DNA of 64,000 bases from an uncultured Chloroflexia bacterium (GTDB taxonomy: Bacteria > Chloroflexota > Limnocylindria > Limnocylindrales > CSP1-4), in contig CAVVNQ010000003.1 in NCBI GenBank assembly GCA_963749705.1, positions 416,001 through 480,000 of the forward strand, given 5' to 3'. The position numbers were made by a program, and so were the translations under genes. The notes under the pieces were generated by a model. It was not told the origin of the DNA. It did not search any database and saw nothing but the letters and a program-made list of their open reading frames with translations. How positions within the stretch are numbered: the stretch's first letter is position 1; each line of letters opens with the position of its first letter. Of this stretch, positions 9,589 through 19,470 are shown piece after piece.

Positions 9589-10002
9589 TCACGGTCGCCG
9601 ATGACCTGCGGTGACGCGCGTGCGCCCGTCCTCGAGGCGTTCGAGGTGGATCGGCACGCCTCGAACCTGGCAATCCTCCGGCAGCGACGAATCGATCGAG
9701 GCGTTCGTGAGCACAATTCGGTGCGCGAAGCCGCGCCGGATCAGCTCCGCCGCCGCGAGGACCTGATGGTCACCGATGGGGCGCTCGACGCGCGCGCGCG
9801 GCAGCACCGGCAGCGGGCTGCCGTCGACCTCGAACGAGCGTCCCGTCGACGGGCCGTCCTCCGCCCGCCGGCGTGGAGGATCCCCGTAATCGACCGCGAC
9901 CGCGACCAAGAGCGTCGCCGGGGCCGCGCCTGCGGCGACGTCCGCATCACCCGCAACGGGCGTGATGAACGCCGGTGCGTTGAGATCCATGTCCATGTCC
10001 AC
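9589..10002 (-). CDS. hypothetical protein
   Basis: 137 aa ORF; TACGTT 6 nt before the GTG start. Confidence 0.55.
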   Translation of the reverse strand: MDMDMDLNAPAFITPVAGDADVAAGAAPATLLVAVAVDYGDPPRRRAEDGPSTGRSFEVDGSPLPVLPRARVERPIGDHQVLAAAELIRRGFAHRIVLTNASIDSSLPEDCQVRGVPIHLERLEDGRTRVTAGHRRP

Positions 10003-10070
10003 GAATCCAACGTACGCAGCGCCCCAAGAGAGGACGGCCTGCCCGGATCCGTGCTGCGCTCAACAGGCGC

Positions 10071-10784
10071 TCAAGAATCGATCTCGCCGCCCCCGATCCG
10101 GTACCCGACGCCCGGCTCGGCGACGATCAGCGCGCTGGCCTCGCCGGATGGGTCGGCGGCGTCCAGCTTGCGTCGCAGCCGGCTCACGTAGACGTGCACG
10201 TAATGCGCCTCGTCGCTGTACGCGCTGCCCCACACCGCCCGCAGCAGTCGCCCGCGGGTCAGCAGGCGGCCGCGGAACGACAGGATCGTCTTGAGCAGCT
10301 CGTACTCCCGGGGCGTCAGGTCGAGCGCCTGCCCGTTGCAGGTCACGGTCCGCTTCGCGGGGTCGAGCGCGAGCGATCCCACCCTGACCACACCGCCGGC
10401 GTCGGCGTCGGGTCCGCCGGCCCGTCGCAGCAGCGCCGAGATCCGTGCCCGCAGCTCCGCGAGCCCGAACGGCTTGGTGATGTAGTCGTCGGCGCCCTGC
10501 TCGAGGGCGGCGACCTTGTCGCGCTCCTCGCCGCGTGCCGAGATGATCAGGATCGGGACGGTGGACTCGCGGCGGACGCGCCGGATCACGATCGCCCCGT
10601 CGGCGTCCGGGAGGCCCAGATCGAGCAGGATCACGTCCGCACGCTCGGCATCCCAGGCGGCAAGGCCGTCGTGGGCGGACGCCGCGAGCGAGACCCTGAA
10701 GCCGTGCTCGCGGAGGCTGGACGACGTCGCCTCCCGGACGGTCGCGTCATCCTCGACGTAGAGCACGCGCGGACCCGGGGTCAC
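10071..10784 (-). CDS. OmpR-family response regulator, KdpE-like
   Basis: VLYVEDD, LLDLGLPDADG, GADDYITKPF, LTPREYELL, YVHVYVSRLRRKL, EPGVGYR; GTG start overlaps the kinase stop. Confidence 0.92.
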   Translation of the reverse strand: MTPGPRVLYVEDDATVREATSSSLREHGFRVSLAASAHDGLAAWDAERADVILLDLGLPDADGAIVIRRVRRESTVPILIISARGEERDKVAALEQGADDYITKPFGLAELRARISALLRRAGGPDADAGGVVRVGSLALDPAKRTVTCNGQALDLTPREYELLKTILSFRGRLLTRGRLLRAVWGSAYSDEAHYVHVYVSRLRRKLDAADPSGEASALIVAEPGVGYRIGGGEIDS

Positions 10785-12367
10785 GGGGCGGTCCCGTCGT
10801 CTGCCGGCAGCGGCATCGCGGGCAGCACCACGTGCACGGCGAGGCCACCGTTGACCCCGCGCCGCGCGGTCACCGTGCCACCCATCGCCTCCGTCAGGCC
10901 GCGAACGATCGTGAGCCCGATTCCCATCCCGCCACCACCCACCCGGTCCGCGCGGTAGAAGCGGTCGAACAGGTGTCGCGCGACGTCGGGATCGACGCCC
11001 GGCCCCTCGTCCTCGACCGCCAGCTCGATGCCACCCGTCGCATTCGTCCTGGCCCGGATCGCGAGCGCCGTCTCCGGCGGGGTGTGGCGGATCACGTTCT
11101 CGACAAGATTGGCGAGGCATTGGTCCACGAACACGGCATCGCCGGCGATGGGCGGCAGATCGTCGGGGATCATCACCTCCACCCGCCGATCGCCCAGCAA
11201 CGGTGCCAGCCGATCCACCACCGGCCGGACGACGCCCTCGACGTCGAGCGCCTCCAGGTTCGGCGTGATGGCCCCCGCCTGGATGCGGGAGAGGTCGAGC
11301 AGGGCACCGACCAGGCGGTCCAGCCGCGTCGTCTCGGCCTCGATCACCGACGCGGTTGCACGAACGTCCTCGGTCGACCGGACCTGCTCGGGGTCGACCA
11401 GCGTTCCCGCAGCGGCCCGGATCCCGGCCAGTGGCGTTCGCAGGTCGTGGGATACCGAGTCGACGAGGGCGCTCTTGAGAGCGTCATCCCGCCGGGCAAC
11501 CTCGGCGGCCACGGCCTGTTCGCGCAGCCGCTCGCGCCCGATCGCGAGCCCCAGCTGGTCGGCCGCCAGCGCGAGCAGGCGGGTCTCGGCGCGTGACGGG
11601 TCGGGGCGGTCCGCCGGGCGCGTCGCCCACAGCGAGCCGATCGGATGCCCGTCCGCCTCCAGCCGGATCCGGTAGCGATGCATCGTCGCGATGCGACGGT
11701 CCTCGCCGGGTCGAAACGAACGTCGTGCCGCATGCGTGCGACGCCAGGTCGGCTCACCGCCACCCGGCGTGAGGGACCGCACCAGCGCGGAGGCCGGGCC
11801 CGGATCACCGTGGCCGGTGTCGGCGACGACCCGGTCCAGCCCGCCGCTGTCGATCGCGCACCAGACCCGCTCCATCGAGGCGTCCTCCTGGAGCCGACGG
11901 ACGACCATCGGGAGCGCCTCGTCGAGGGTCATCGTCGCGAGGGTACGGCTGATCCCGTACAGGGCGGCCGCCTCCTGGGCGCGGGCCTCCGCCTCGTCGG
12001 CACGGTCGGCTCCGGCGCCGGCGAGGCGCCCGATGGCGATGGCGACGAACAGGAACAGGACCAGGTTGAGCCACTCTCGCGCGTCGGCCACCACCAGGGT
12101 GAAGCGTGGGTCCGTGAACAACAGGTTGTACAGGGCGAACGACACCAGCGCGGTCGCGATCCCGGCCGCCGTTCGATACCGGGTTGCGACCACGACCACG
12201 ACGACGAGATAGAGCGGAGCGCCATCGAGGTCGCCACCCGTCCAGCTCTCGACGAGGGCGACGGCACCAGTGGCGATCGCGAGCAGCACGGCCGTCAGCC
12301 CGGCGGCCCGGATCGGTCGGTCAACGCCGGCCAGCGACCGTGATGCGACGCGCGACCTGGTAGCCAC
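10781..12367 (-). CDS. sensor histidine kinase, KdpD-like (DUF4118 TM + GAF + HisKA + HATPase)
   Basis: YNLLFTDPRFTL TM block, SVSHDLRTPL H-box, NLVENV N-box, GMGIGLTI G-box. Confidence 0.9.
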   Translation of the reverse strand: MATRSRVASRSLAGVDRPIRAAGLTAVLLAIATGAVALVESWTGGDLDGAPLYLVVVVVVATRYRTAAGIATALVSFALYNLLFTDPRFTLVVADAREWLNLVLFLFVAIAIGRLAGAGADRADEAEARAQEAAALYGISRTLATMTLDEALPMVVRRLQEDASMERVWCAIDSGGLDRVVADTGHGDPGPASALVRSLTPGGGEPTWRRTHAARRSFRPGEDRRIATMHRYRIRLEADGHPIGSLWATRPADRPDPSRAETRLLALAADQLGLAIGRERLREQAVAAEVARRDDALKSALVDSVSHDLRTPLAGIRAAAGTLVDPEQVRSTEDVRATASVIEAETTRLDRLVGALLDLSRIQAGAITPNLEALDVEGVVRPVVDRLAPLLGDRRVEVMIPDDLPPIAGDAVFVDQCLANLVENVIRHTPPETALAIRARTNATGGIELAVEDEGPGVDPDVARHLFDRFYRADRVGGGGMGIGLTIVRGLTEAMGGTVTARRGVNGGLAVHVVLPAMPLPADDGTAP

Positions 12368-12405
12368 GGCCGCATCGTAGTCCGCCGATGCGCTAGCGTG
12401 AGGGC

Positions 12406-13350
12406 ATGATCCCTCGACGACCCGGCCGCCCCCTCGGGGTCGGCATCCAGCTGCCCGAGGTGGAGCGCGTGGTCCGGTGGCCCGAGCTCCGGGCGATGGC
12501 CCGCACCGCCGAGCAGGCGGGCTTCGACTCGATCTGGGTCGGCGACCACCTGCTGTACCGATACCCGACGGGTGAGACCCGCGGTCCCTGGGAGGCATGG
12601 ACGACGCTCGCCGGCCTGGCCGAGGCCACCGAACACGTCGCGATCGGGCCGCTCGTCGCCGCGACCGCGTTCCACGCGCCGTTCATGCTGGCCAAGCTGG
12701 CGGCCACCGTGGACGAGATCTCCGGCGGGCGCCTGGTCCTCGGGCTCGGCGCCGGCTGGAACTCGACGGAGTTCGATGCGCTCGGTGCGCCCTTCGATCA
12801 CCGCATCGCGCGGTTCGAGGAGGCGTTCACGATCGTGCGGACGCTGCTGGCAAGCGGATCGATCGACTTCCGTGGGGAGTACTTCGAGGCCCGCGACGCG
12901 GAGCTGCTGCCGCGACCGCAGCGCCCGGGCGGTCCGCCGATCCTGATCGGTTCCAGCGGTCCGCGGATGCTCGCCGCGACCCTCCCGTACGTCCAGGCGT
13001 GGAACGCGTGGTACGCGGACACGGGCAACAGCGCCGCCGGCGTCGCGCCGTTGCGCGAGCGCGTGGACGCCGCGGCCGTCGCGGCCGGGCGTCACCCGGC
13101 CGACATCGAGCGGACGGTCGCCGTGATGGTCCGGATGCCCGGCGGGCAGGGCCGCGTGATGGGCGACACCGATCACCGCCAGGAGGTCGCTCCCCTCGAG
13201 GGTCCGCCGGATGTCATCGCGGAGGCGCTGCGGGCCTACGCGCGCGAGGGGATCGGTCACGTCCAGCTCGTGGTCGATCCGATCACGGAGGCGGCGGTTG
13301 CGGCGCTCGCCCCGGCGCTCGAGGCGCTCGACGCGCCCGACGCCGGCTGA
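12406..13350 (+). CDS. LLM-class flavin-dependent oxidoreductase
   Basis: AEQAGFDSIWVGDHL, EAWTTLAGLA, DEISGGRLVLGLGAGW. Confidence 0.92.
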   Translation: MIPRRPGRPLGVGIQLPEVERVVRWPELRAMARTAEQAGFDSIWVGDHLLYRYPTGETRGPWEAWTTLAGLAEATEHVAIGPLVAATAFHAPFMLAKLAATVDEISGGRLVLGLGAGWNSTEFDALGAPFDHRIARFEEAFTIVRTLLASGSIDFRGEYFEARDAELLPRPQRPGGPPILIGSSGPRMLAATLPYVQAWNAWYADTGNSAAGVAPLRERVDAAAVAAGRHPADIERTVAVMVRMPGGQGRVMGDTDHRQEVAPLEGPPDVIAEALRAYAREGIGHVQLVVDPITEAAVAALAPALEALDAPDAG

Positions 13351-13516
13351 CCGGCGACGCCGGCGGTGTCGCGGACAGCGGACGGGGGGCTCGTCCGCGC
13401 TCGAACGGCGTGCTAGCATCCGGCGCCCAACCAGCGATCCCAGGACGGAGCGCGATATCGCTGATGAGCGCCAGGACGACCACCCGGCGACCGGTTCCCG
13501 GCTCCGGCCCGTGCCG

Positions 13517-14005
13517 ATGAGCGACGGACGGGCCCGCGTCGGCAATGCCCGGAGCGCGGAGGTCTCGGACCTCGACAAGCGGATCATCGAGCACCTCCAG
13601 GAGGATGGGCGACGCCCGTTCACGCAGATCGCCGCCGACCTCGGCGTGTCCGAGGCAGCCGTGCGCGCGCGCACCAACCGCATGATCGAGCGAGGGATCC
13701 TCCAGGTCGTCGGCGTCACCGATCCGCTCAAGCTCGGCTTCCAGCAGTGGGCGATGATCGGGGTCAGGTGCGAGGCGTCCCGCCTGATCGAGGTTGCCGA
13801 GGAGATCGCCGCGTTCCCGGAGACCGACTACGTCGTGGTCACTGCGGGCAGCTACGACATCCTGGTCGAGGCGGTCGCCGAGGACAACGAGGCGCTGCTC
13901 CGGTTCCTGTCCGAGCGGCTGCGCAAGATCCCCGGCGTGCGCGAGACGGAGACGTTCGTGTACCTCCGCCTGATGAAGCAGAGCTACCAGTGGGGGACCC
14001 GGTAG
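13517..14005 (+). CDS. Lrp/AsnC family transcriptional regulator
   Basis: DLDKRIIEHLQEDGRRPFTQIAADLGVSEAAVRAR HTH; TAGSYDILV ligand domain. Confidence 0.93.
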   Translation: MSDGRARVGNARSAEVSDLDKRIIEHLQEDGRRPFTQIAADLGVSEAAVRARTNRMIERGILQVVGVTDPLKLGFQQWAMIGVRCEASRLIEVAEEIAAFPETDYVVVTAGSYDILVEAVAEDNEALLRFLSERLRKIPGVRETETFVYLRLMKQSYQWGTR

Positions 14006-14086
14006 GAGCCTGCGTGGAGTGCCGCGCCGGGCGCCCCGGCACGTGGCCCCGGCGGGGTCCGGCGCCGCCCGGTGTAGGATCGGCCG

Positions 14087-15337
14087 GTGACCGACCAGCG
14101 ACCCCGGCCCGGCCCCTCCACGCGCGCCATCCGTGCCGCGTCGCGCGTTCCGGCCGTCGCCCAGACGCCGACGGCCGTCCCGATCTACCAGACGGCAACG
14201 TTCGCGTCCGCCGATGCCGCCGAGCTCGCTGCGGTCCTGACCGGCGAGACCCCCGGCTACGCGTACAGCCGGATGGACAACCCGACGGTCTCCGCGCTGG
14301 GCGATGCGGTCGCCGAGCTCCACGGGGCCGAGGCGGGGATCGCCCTGGCCACCGGGATGGCCGCGATCCACGCCGCGTTCCTGTCGGTGCTCCGCGCCGG
14401 CGACCGCCTGGTCATCGGGCAGGTCGGCTACGGGACGACGCGGACGCAGGCGATCGCCGCATTCGGGCGGCTGGGCGTCGACATCGGCTACGTGGACACG
14501 ACCGACCCCGCGGCCGTGGAGGCGGCGCTCGCCTCGTCCCCGACCCGGATCCTCCACGTCGAGACCATCGCCAACCCGACCTGCGTCCTGGCCGACATCC
14601 CGGCGCTCGCCGAGGCCGCGCACCGGCACGGCGCGCTGCTGTCGGTCGACAACACGTTCGCGTCGCCGATCGTGTGCCGCCCGCTCGAGCACGGGGCGGA
14701 CCTGGTCATCGAATCGGCGACCAAGTACCTGTCGGGTCACTCCGACGTGATGGCCGGCGCGGTCGTCGGCTCGGCGGAGCGGATCGCTCGCGTCCGCTCG
14801 GCACAGATCGACACCGGCGCCACCCTCGGCCCGTTTGCGGCATTCCTCGTGCTCCGCGGCATCGCGACCGTCGCCGTGCGCGTGGAGCGCCAGGCAGCGA
14901 CCGCGGCCGCGCTGGCATCCTGGCTCGAGCACCAGGACGGCGTCGCGCGCGTGACCTACGCCGGCCTCGCGAGCCATCCCCAGCGGGAGGTCGCCGCTCG
15001 GATCCTCGATTCCGGCGGGGCGATGCTGTCGGTCGACCTTGCCGGCGGCCGTCCGGCCGGTCGCGCCTTCTTCGATGCCCTGACGATCCCGGAGCGCACG
15101 GCGAGCCTGGGCAGCGTCCACACGATGGTCGTCCACCCGCCGACGTCGTCGCACCGGGCGCTGGACGCCGCGGCGCTCGCGGCGGCCGGGATCACCGAGG
15201 GCCTGTTGCGGATCTCCGTCGGCCTCGAGGACGAGGCGGACCTGCGTGCCGACTTCTCGGCTGCGCTCGACGCCGCGCGTGCCATGGCGGACCAGCCGGC
15301 GAGCCGGGCGGGCAGCCGGGCCACCGCGCGCGCGTAG
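14087..15337 (+). CDS. PLP-dependent trans-sulfuration enzyme (cystathionine gamma-synthase/lyase or methionine gamma-lyase family)
   Basis: PIYQTATF, YSRMDNPT, VDNTFASP, SATKYLSGHSD (PLP lysine), SLG, LLRISVGLED. Confidence 0.92.
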   Translation: MTDQRPRPGPSTRAIRAASRVPAVAQTPTAVPIYQTATFASADAAELAAVLTGETPGYAYSRMDNPTVSALGDAVAELHGAEAGIALATGMAAIHAAFLSVLRAGDRLVIGQVGYGTTRTQAIAAFGRLGVDIGYVDTTDPAAVEAALASSPTRILHVETIANPTCVLADIPALAEAAHRHGALLSVDNTFASPIVCRPLEHGADLVIESATKYLSGHSDVMAGAVVGSAERIARVRSAQIDTGATLGPFAAFLVLRGIATVAVRVERQAATAAALASWLEHQDGVARVTYAGLASHPQREVAARILDSGGAMLSVDLAGGRPAGRAFFDALTIPERTASLGSVHTMVVHPPTSSHRALDAAALAAAGITEGLLRISVGLEDEADLRADFSAALDAARAMADQPASRAGSRATARA

Positions 15338-15397
15338 GAGGGCCGGCCGATCGCCACCATCGCGGCCCGTCGGCCGACCGCTCGGCCGCTCCCGGGC

Positions 15398-16813
15398 GTG
15401 CTCGCTCGTGTTGCGGATGGCCTTTGGGGGCTGCTGACATCCGTCAACTTCGCGGTGATCCAGATCATCGTGCTCGCGCTGTTTGCCGTGGTGGGCATGA
15501 CGCTGCGGCAGCTGCCGGGGTTCGCCTTCCGCTCGCCGACCGACTACGCGAACGAGATGGCCCGCCTCCACGGCATCTACGACGCGACGCTCGGAGTAGG
15601 CGTGGTCGACGCGCTCGAACGGCTCCAGCTGTTCCAGGTGTTCAGCTCCGCGTGGTTCAGCATCGGGCTGATCGTGCTGATCATCTCGATCGTCGCCTGC
15701 ACGATCGATCGCACGCCCCGCCTGTGGCGGCAGAGCGCCGACATCCGGGTGGTCCAGCCCGACCCGTTCTACGATCCGGCCCTGCCGGACCGCGCGGTGG
15801 TGACCGGGCTCGCCGGGCAGGCCGTGGCGGGGGCGCTCCGGCGCCGCCGGTTCGTGGTGCGGGAACGCGTCGTGGACGGCGTCACCTACCTCTACGGGGA
15901 CCGCAACCGCTGGACCAAGATGGCCACCCTGCTCACACACGCGGGCCTGGTCACGTTCCTGGTCGCGGCAGCCGTGACCACGCGCCTGGGCGACGAGCAG
16001 GGCCTGGTCGTGGCCGAGGGCGAGTCGCTCACCGTCGGGCCGATCGGAACCCCCGGCCTGCTGCTCGTCCGCAACCTCGGCTTTGACGCCCCCGGCTTCG
16101 AAACCGGGCATCCCACCGACTTCACCACCCGGCTGGCGGTCTACCGCGACGGGCAGCAGATCGCCGAGAAGGTCATCCGCGTCAACGACCCCCTGACCGT
16201 CGGCGGCTACACGTTCCACCAGAACGGGTTCGGGCCCGCGCCGGACATGGCCATCCTGGACACCGCAGGCCGGCCGCTGTGGACCGGCCCGATCCCCATG
16301 ACCGACTCCGCGGCGGGCTTCCCGACCACCCAGTTCGCCGTCCCGGGCCGCGATGTCGCGCTCCAGCTGGTCCTCCAGCGGCAGTCCGACGGGACGGGCG
16401 TGGTGCTGGTGCTGCCCTACCGGGCGGAGGGCACGAACGCCGACGGCACGCCCAACATCGTCGGGCTCGGGCCGGTGGCGCTCGCGCAGGGCGAGACCGC
16501 GACCCCCCTCGGTGCGGACTTCTCGGTCGCGCTGCGGGGCTTCTCGGACTACACGCTCCTGATCGCCAAGCGGGACCCGGGGCAGGGCCTGGTGTGGATC
16601 GCGTTCGGCCTGCTGATCGCCGGCGTGCTGATCACCTTCTGGATGCCGCGCCGGCGGTTCTGGGGTCGCCTCGACGCCGACGGGCGACTGTCGATGGTGT
16701 TCCGGGCCGACCGCTACGTCGACGTGGGCCGCGAGTTCGGCGCGCTGCTCGACGATCTCGTGCGCGGGCGGCGCACCGGCGATCCCGCCGAGCCGCCGTC
16801 CACCCCCCGATGA
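15398..16813 (+). CDS. resB: cytochrome c biogenesis protein ResB/CcsB
   Basis: N-terminal TMs, LFQVFSSAWF, ACT..R, conserved His (LLTHAG), IRVNDPL, DPG..LVW C-terminal TM. Confidence 0.85.
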   Translation: MLARVADGLWGLLTSVNFAVIQIIVLALFAVVGMTLRQLPGFAFRSPTDYANEMARLHGIYDATLGVGVVDALERLQLFQVFSSAWFSIGLIVLIISIVACTIDRTPRLWRQSADIRVVQPDPFYDPALPDRAVVTGLAGQAVAGALRRRRFVVRERVVDGVTYLYGDRNRWTKMATLLTHAGLVTFLVAAAVTTRLGDEQGLVVAEGESLTVGPIGTPGLLLVRNLGFDAPGFETGHPTDFTTRLAVYRDGQQIAEKVIRVNDPLTVGGYTFHQNGFGPAPDMAILDTAGRPLWTGPIPMTDSAAGFPTTQFAVPGRDVALQLVLQRQSDGTGVVLVLPYRAEGTNADGTPNIVGLGPVALAQGETATPLGADFSVALRGFSDYTLLIAKRDPGQGLVWIAFGLLIAGVLITFWMPRRRFWGRLDADGRLSMVFRADRYVDVGREFGALLDDLVRGRRTGDPAEPPSTPR

Positions 16814-16921
16814 CGCGTCTCGCGCCCGCCCCGGCGGACCTCCCGAGGCGGGGTCCCGGGGGCCTGACTTGCGGAACGGATTCGCTCGCAATGCGGCAGG
16901 GTGCAGATTGTCCTGCCATGC

Positions 16922-16950
16922 TCGACACTGCCGCGCCCGTGCGCTAGGTT
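16922..16950 (+). promoter_or_regulatory. putative sigma70-type promoter for glutamine synthetase III
   Basis: TCGACA-N17-TAGGTT about 120 nt upstream of the GS start. Confidence 0.45.
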
Positions 16951-17071
16951 CACTGCGGCCCAGTCACTCGTCACGGCCACGGTCCACGCGCGCCCGGTTG
17001 TCCTCGGCGCGGGTGGGCGGCCACGAACAAGCCAGCGGCCGGCGCAGGCCGCCACGTCGGCAGGAGCCCAG

Positions 17072-19222
17072 ATGACCGCCCGCGCCTCCGCCATCGCCAC
17101 GATCGCCAACCACACGGTCGCCTCGACCGAGGACTACCTCGCGCACGCGGGTGCCGACATCTACGGCCAGTACGTGTTCCACGAGGACGCCCAGCGCCAG
17201 TACCTCGCCAAGCCCATCTTCCAGCGCCTTCGGCGGACGATCGACGGGCTCGAGCCGTTCGATCCGATCATCGCGGACGCGGTCGCGCACGGCGTCAAGG
17301 AGTGGGCGATGGCGCACGGGGCGACCCACTACACGCACTGGTTCGTGCCCATGACCGGGTCCACGGCCGAGAAGCACGACTCGTTCCTCAGCCCGACCGG
17401 CGAGGGCCGGACCGTCGCGGAGTTCTCGGGCAAGAACCTGCTCCAGGGCGAGCCCGATGCCTCGTCGTTTCCCTCGGGCGGGATCCGGGCGACGTTCGAG
17501 GCGCGCGGCTACACGGCGTGGGACGTCACCAGCCCGATCTTCCTGCAGGTCGAGGCCAACGGCGTCACCCTGACCATCCCGACCGCGTACGTCTCGTTCA
17601 CGGGCGAGGCGCTCGACCACAAGATCCCGCTCCTGCGCTCGCAGGAGGCGCTGGGAACGCAGGCGCTGCGCGTGCTGCGCTGGTTCGGCAACACCACCAC
17701 CTCGCGCGTGTCCACGTTCATCGGGCCCGAGCAGGAGTACTTCCTGGTGGACCGCCGCCTGGCCGAGCAGCGCCCGGACCTCGTGCTCACCGGCCGCACC
17801 CTGTTCGGCGCCCCGTCGCCCAAGGGCCAGGAGCTGGAGGACCAGTACTTCGGCCCGATCCGCGAGCGGATCCTCGCGTTCATGATGGATCTCGACCGCG
17901 AGCTGTGGCGCCTCGGGATCCCCGCCAAGACGCGCCACAACGAGGTCGCCCCCGGCCAGTTCGAGATGGCGCCCGTGTACGAGGCGACGTCCGTCGGGTC
18001 GGACCACAACATGATCGTGATGAGCACCATGCGACGGCTCGCGCCGCAGCACGGGCTGATGTTCCTGATCCACGAGAAGCCGTTCGCGGGCATCAACGGA
18101 TCGGGCAAGCACAACAACTGGTCGATGGGGACGAACGACGGGGAGAACCTGCTCGATCCCGGCAACGACCCGCACGCCAACGCGCAGTTCCTGGCGTTCC
18201 TGCTGGCGGTCATCCGCGGCGTCAACGTCCACGCGGACCTGCTCCGGGCGAGCATCGCGGACGCCGGCCAGGACCACCGCCTGGGCGCCAACGAGGCGCC
18301 GCCCGCGATCATGTCGATCTTCCTCGGCTCGCAGCTCGAGGACGTCATCGCGCAGCTGGAGCAGGGCGCAGCCTCCAACTCCAAGAAGGGCGGCACCGTC
18401 GCACTGGGAGTGACCTCGCTGCCGGAGCTGCCCAAGGACGCCACCGACCGCAACCGGACCTCGCCGTTCGCGTTCACCGGCAACAAGTTCGAGTTCCGGG
18501 CGGTCGGCTCGTCGGCGCCGATCTACTGGCCGCAGACGGTCCTCAACACCGCCGTGGCGGACTCGCTCAAGCAGCTCGCCGACGAGCTGGACAAGCTGTC
18601 GCCCGGCGACTTCGATGGGCTGACGCAGATCCTGTCGGGGATCGCCCGTGCGAACAAGCAGGTCCTGTTCGAGGGCAACGGCTACTCGGAGGAGTGGCAC
18701 CAGGAGGCCGCCCGTCGAGGGCTGCCCAACAACCGGACCACGGTCGACGCGCTGCCGTCGCTCACCACCGACAAGGCAAAGTCCCTGTTCTCCTCGTTCG
18801 GCGTCCTGTCGGAGCGCGAGCTCAACGCCCGGGTCGGGATCTACTGGGAGCGGTATGTCAAGGTCGGCAGCATCGAGGCGAGCTGCGCGCTGGACATCGC
18901 GAAGACCATGATCCTGCCCGCCGCGGTGCGGTACCTGGGCGAGCTCTCGGGCGGTGCCTCGGCGGCGTCCCGGGGCGTCGCCAGCGTGGCTGATGCCGTC
19001 GCGAAGCTCGCCGACGGCCTCGTTGACGGCATCCACGCGCTGGAGCACGCGCTCCACGAGGCGCACGATGCCGGGTCGGTCGAGGCCGAGGCGCGTGTGT
19101 ACGTGGACACCGTGATCCCGGCGCAGAACGCGCTGCGCTCCGTCGCGGACGAGCTCGAGACGTTGGTCGCCGACGAGCTGTGGCCGCTGCCGAAGTACCG
19201 CGAGCTGCTGTTCCAGTACTGA
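17072..19222 (+). CDS. glnN: glutamine synthetase type III
   Basis: About 716 aa; GATHYTHWF, AEKHDSF, QGEPDASSFPSGG, HNEVAPGQFE, HEKPFAGINGSGKHNNWS, RLGANEAPP, DRNRTSPFAFTGNKFEFRA, LWPLPKY. Confidence 0.95.
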   Translation: MTARASAIATIANHTVASTEDYLAHAGADIYGQYVFHEDAQRQYLAKPIFQRLRRTIDGLEPFDPIIADAVAHGVKEWAMAHGATHYTHWFVPMTGSTAEKHDSFLSPTGEGRTVAEFSGKNLLQGEPDASSFPSGGIRATFEARGYTAWDVTSPIFLQVEANGVTLTIPTAYVSFTGEALDHKIPLLRSQEALGTQALRVLRWFGNTTTSRVSTFIGPEQEYFLVDRRLAEQRPDLVLTGRTLFGAPSPKGQELEDQYFGPIRERILAFMMDLDRELWRLGIPAKTRHNEVAPGQFEMAPVYEATSVGSDHNMIVMSTMRRLAPQHGLMFLIHEKPFAGINGSGKHNNWSMGTNDGENLLDPGNDPHANAQFLAFLLAVIRGVNVHADLLRASIADAGQDHRLGANEAPPAIMSIFLGSQLEDVIAQLEQGAASNSKKGGTVALGVTSLPELPKDATDRNRTSPFAFTGNKFEFRAVGSSAPIYWPQTVLNTAVADSLKQLADELDKLSPGDFDGLTQILSGIARANKQVLFEGNGYSEEWHQEAARRGLPNNRTTVDALPSLTTDKAKSLFSSFGVLSERELNARVGIYWERYVKVGSIEASCALDIAKTMILPAAVRYLGELSGGASAASRGVASVADAVAKLADGLVDGIHALEHALHEAHDAGSVEAEARVYVDTVIPAQNALRSVADELETLVADELWPLPKYRELLFQY

Positions 19223-19267
19223 GGTTCGGGAGCGGGGTCCGCCATCCCGGTCCCGCCACCGCGCTCC

Positions 19268-19470
19268 GTATGCGTACCACGCGTAGCGAGCTCCGGATCG
19301 AGGAGCAGCCCTCGCTGCGCCTCCCGGCAGCTGTCGCCGGGACTCGTCAGCGGATACCCTCATGTGTGTCACGCATGCTGGCGCCCCGCGGGTGCCCGCG
19401 CCGGCGCCATCCGGACGGGCGCCCCGATAAGCCTCGAGGAAGTGCCGCCCGCTAAACCTGGTACGCATGC
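19268..19470. repeat. non-coding element with terminal inverted repeats (copy B), overlapping the start of the XRE-nuclease-like gene
   Basis: ATGCGTACCA (19270-19279) / TGGTACGCAT (19459-19468); 22/22, 14/17 and 22/24 identical blocks versus the reverse complement of 7002-7157. Confidence 0.7.
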
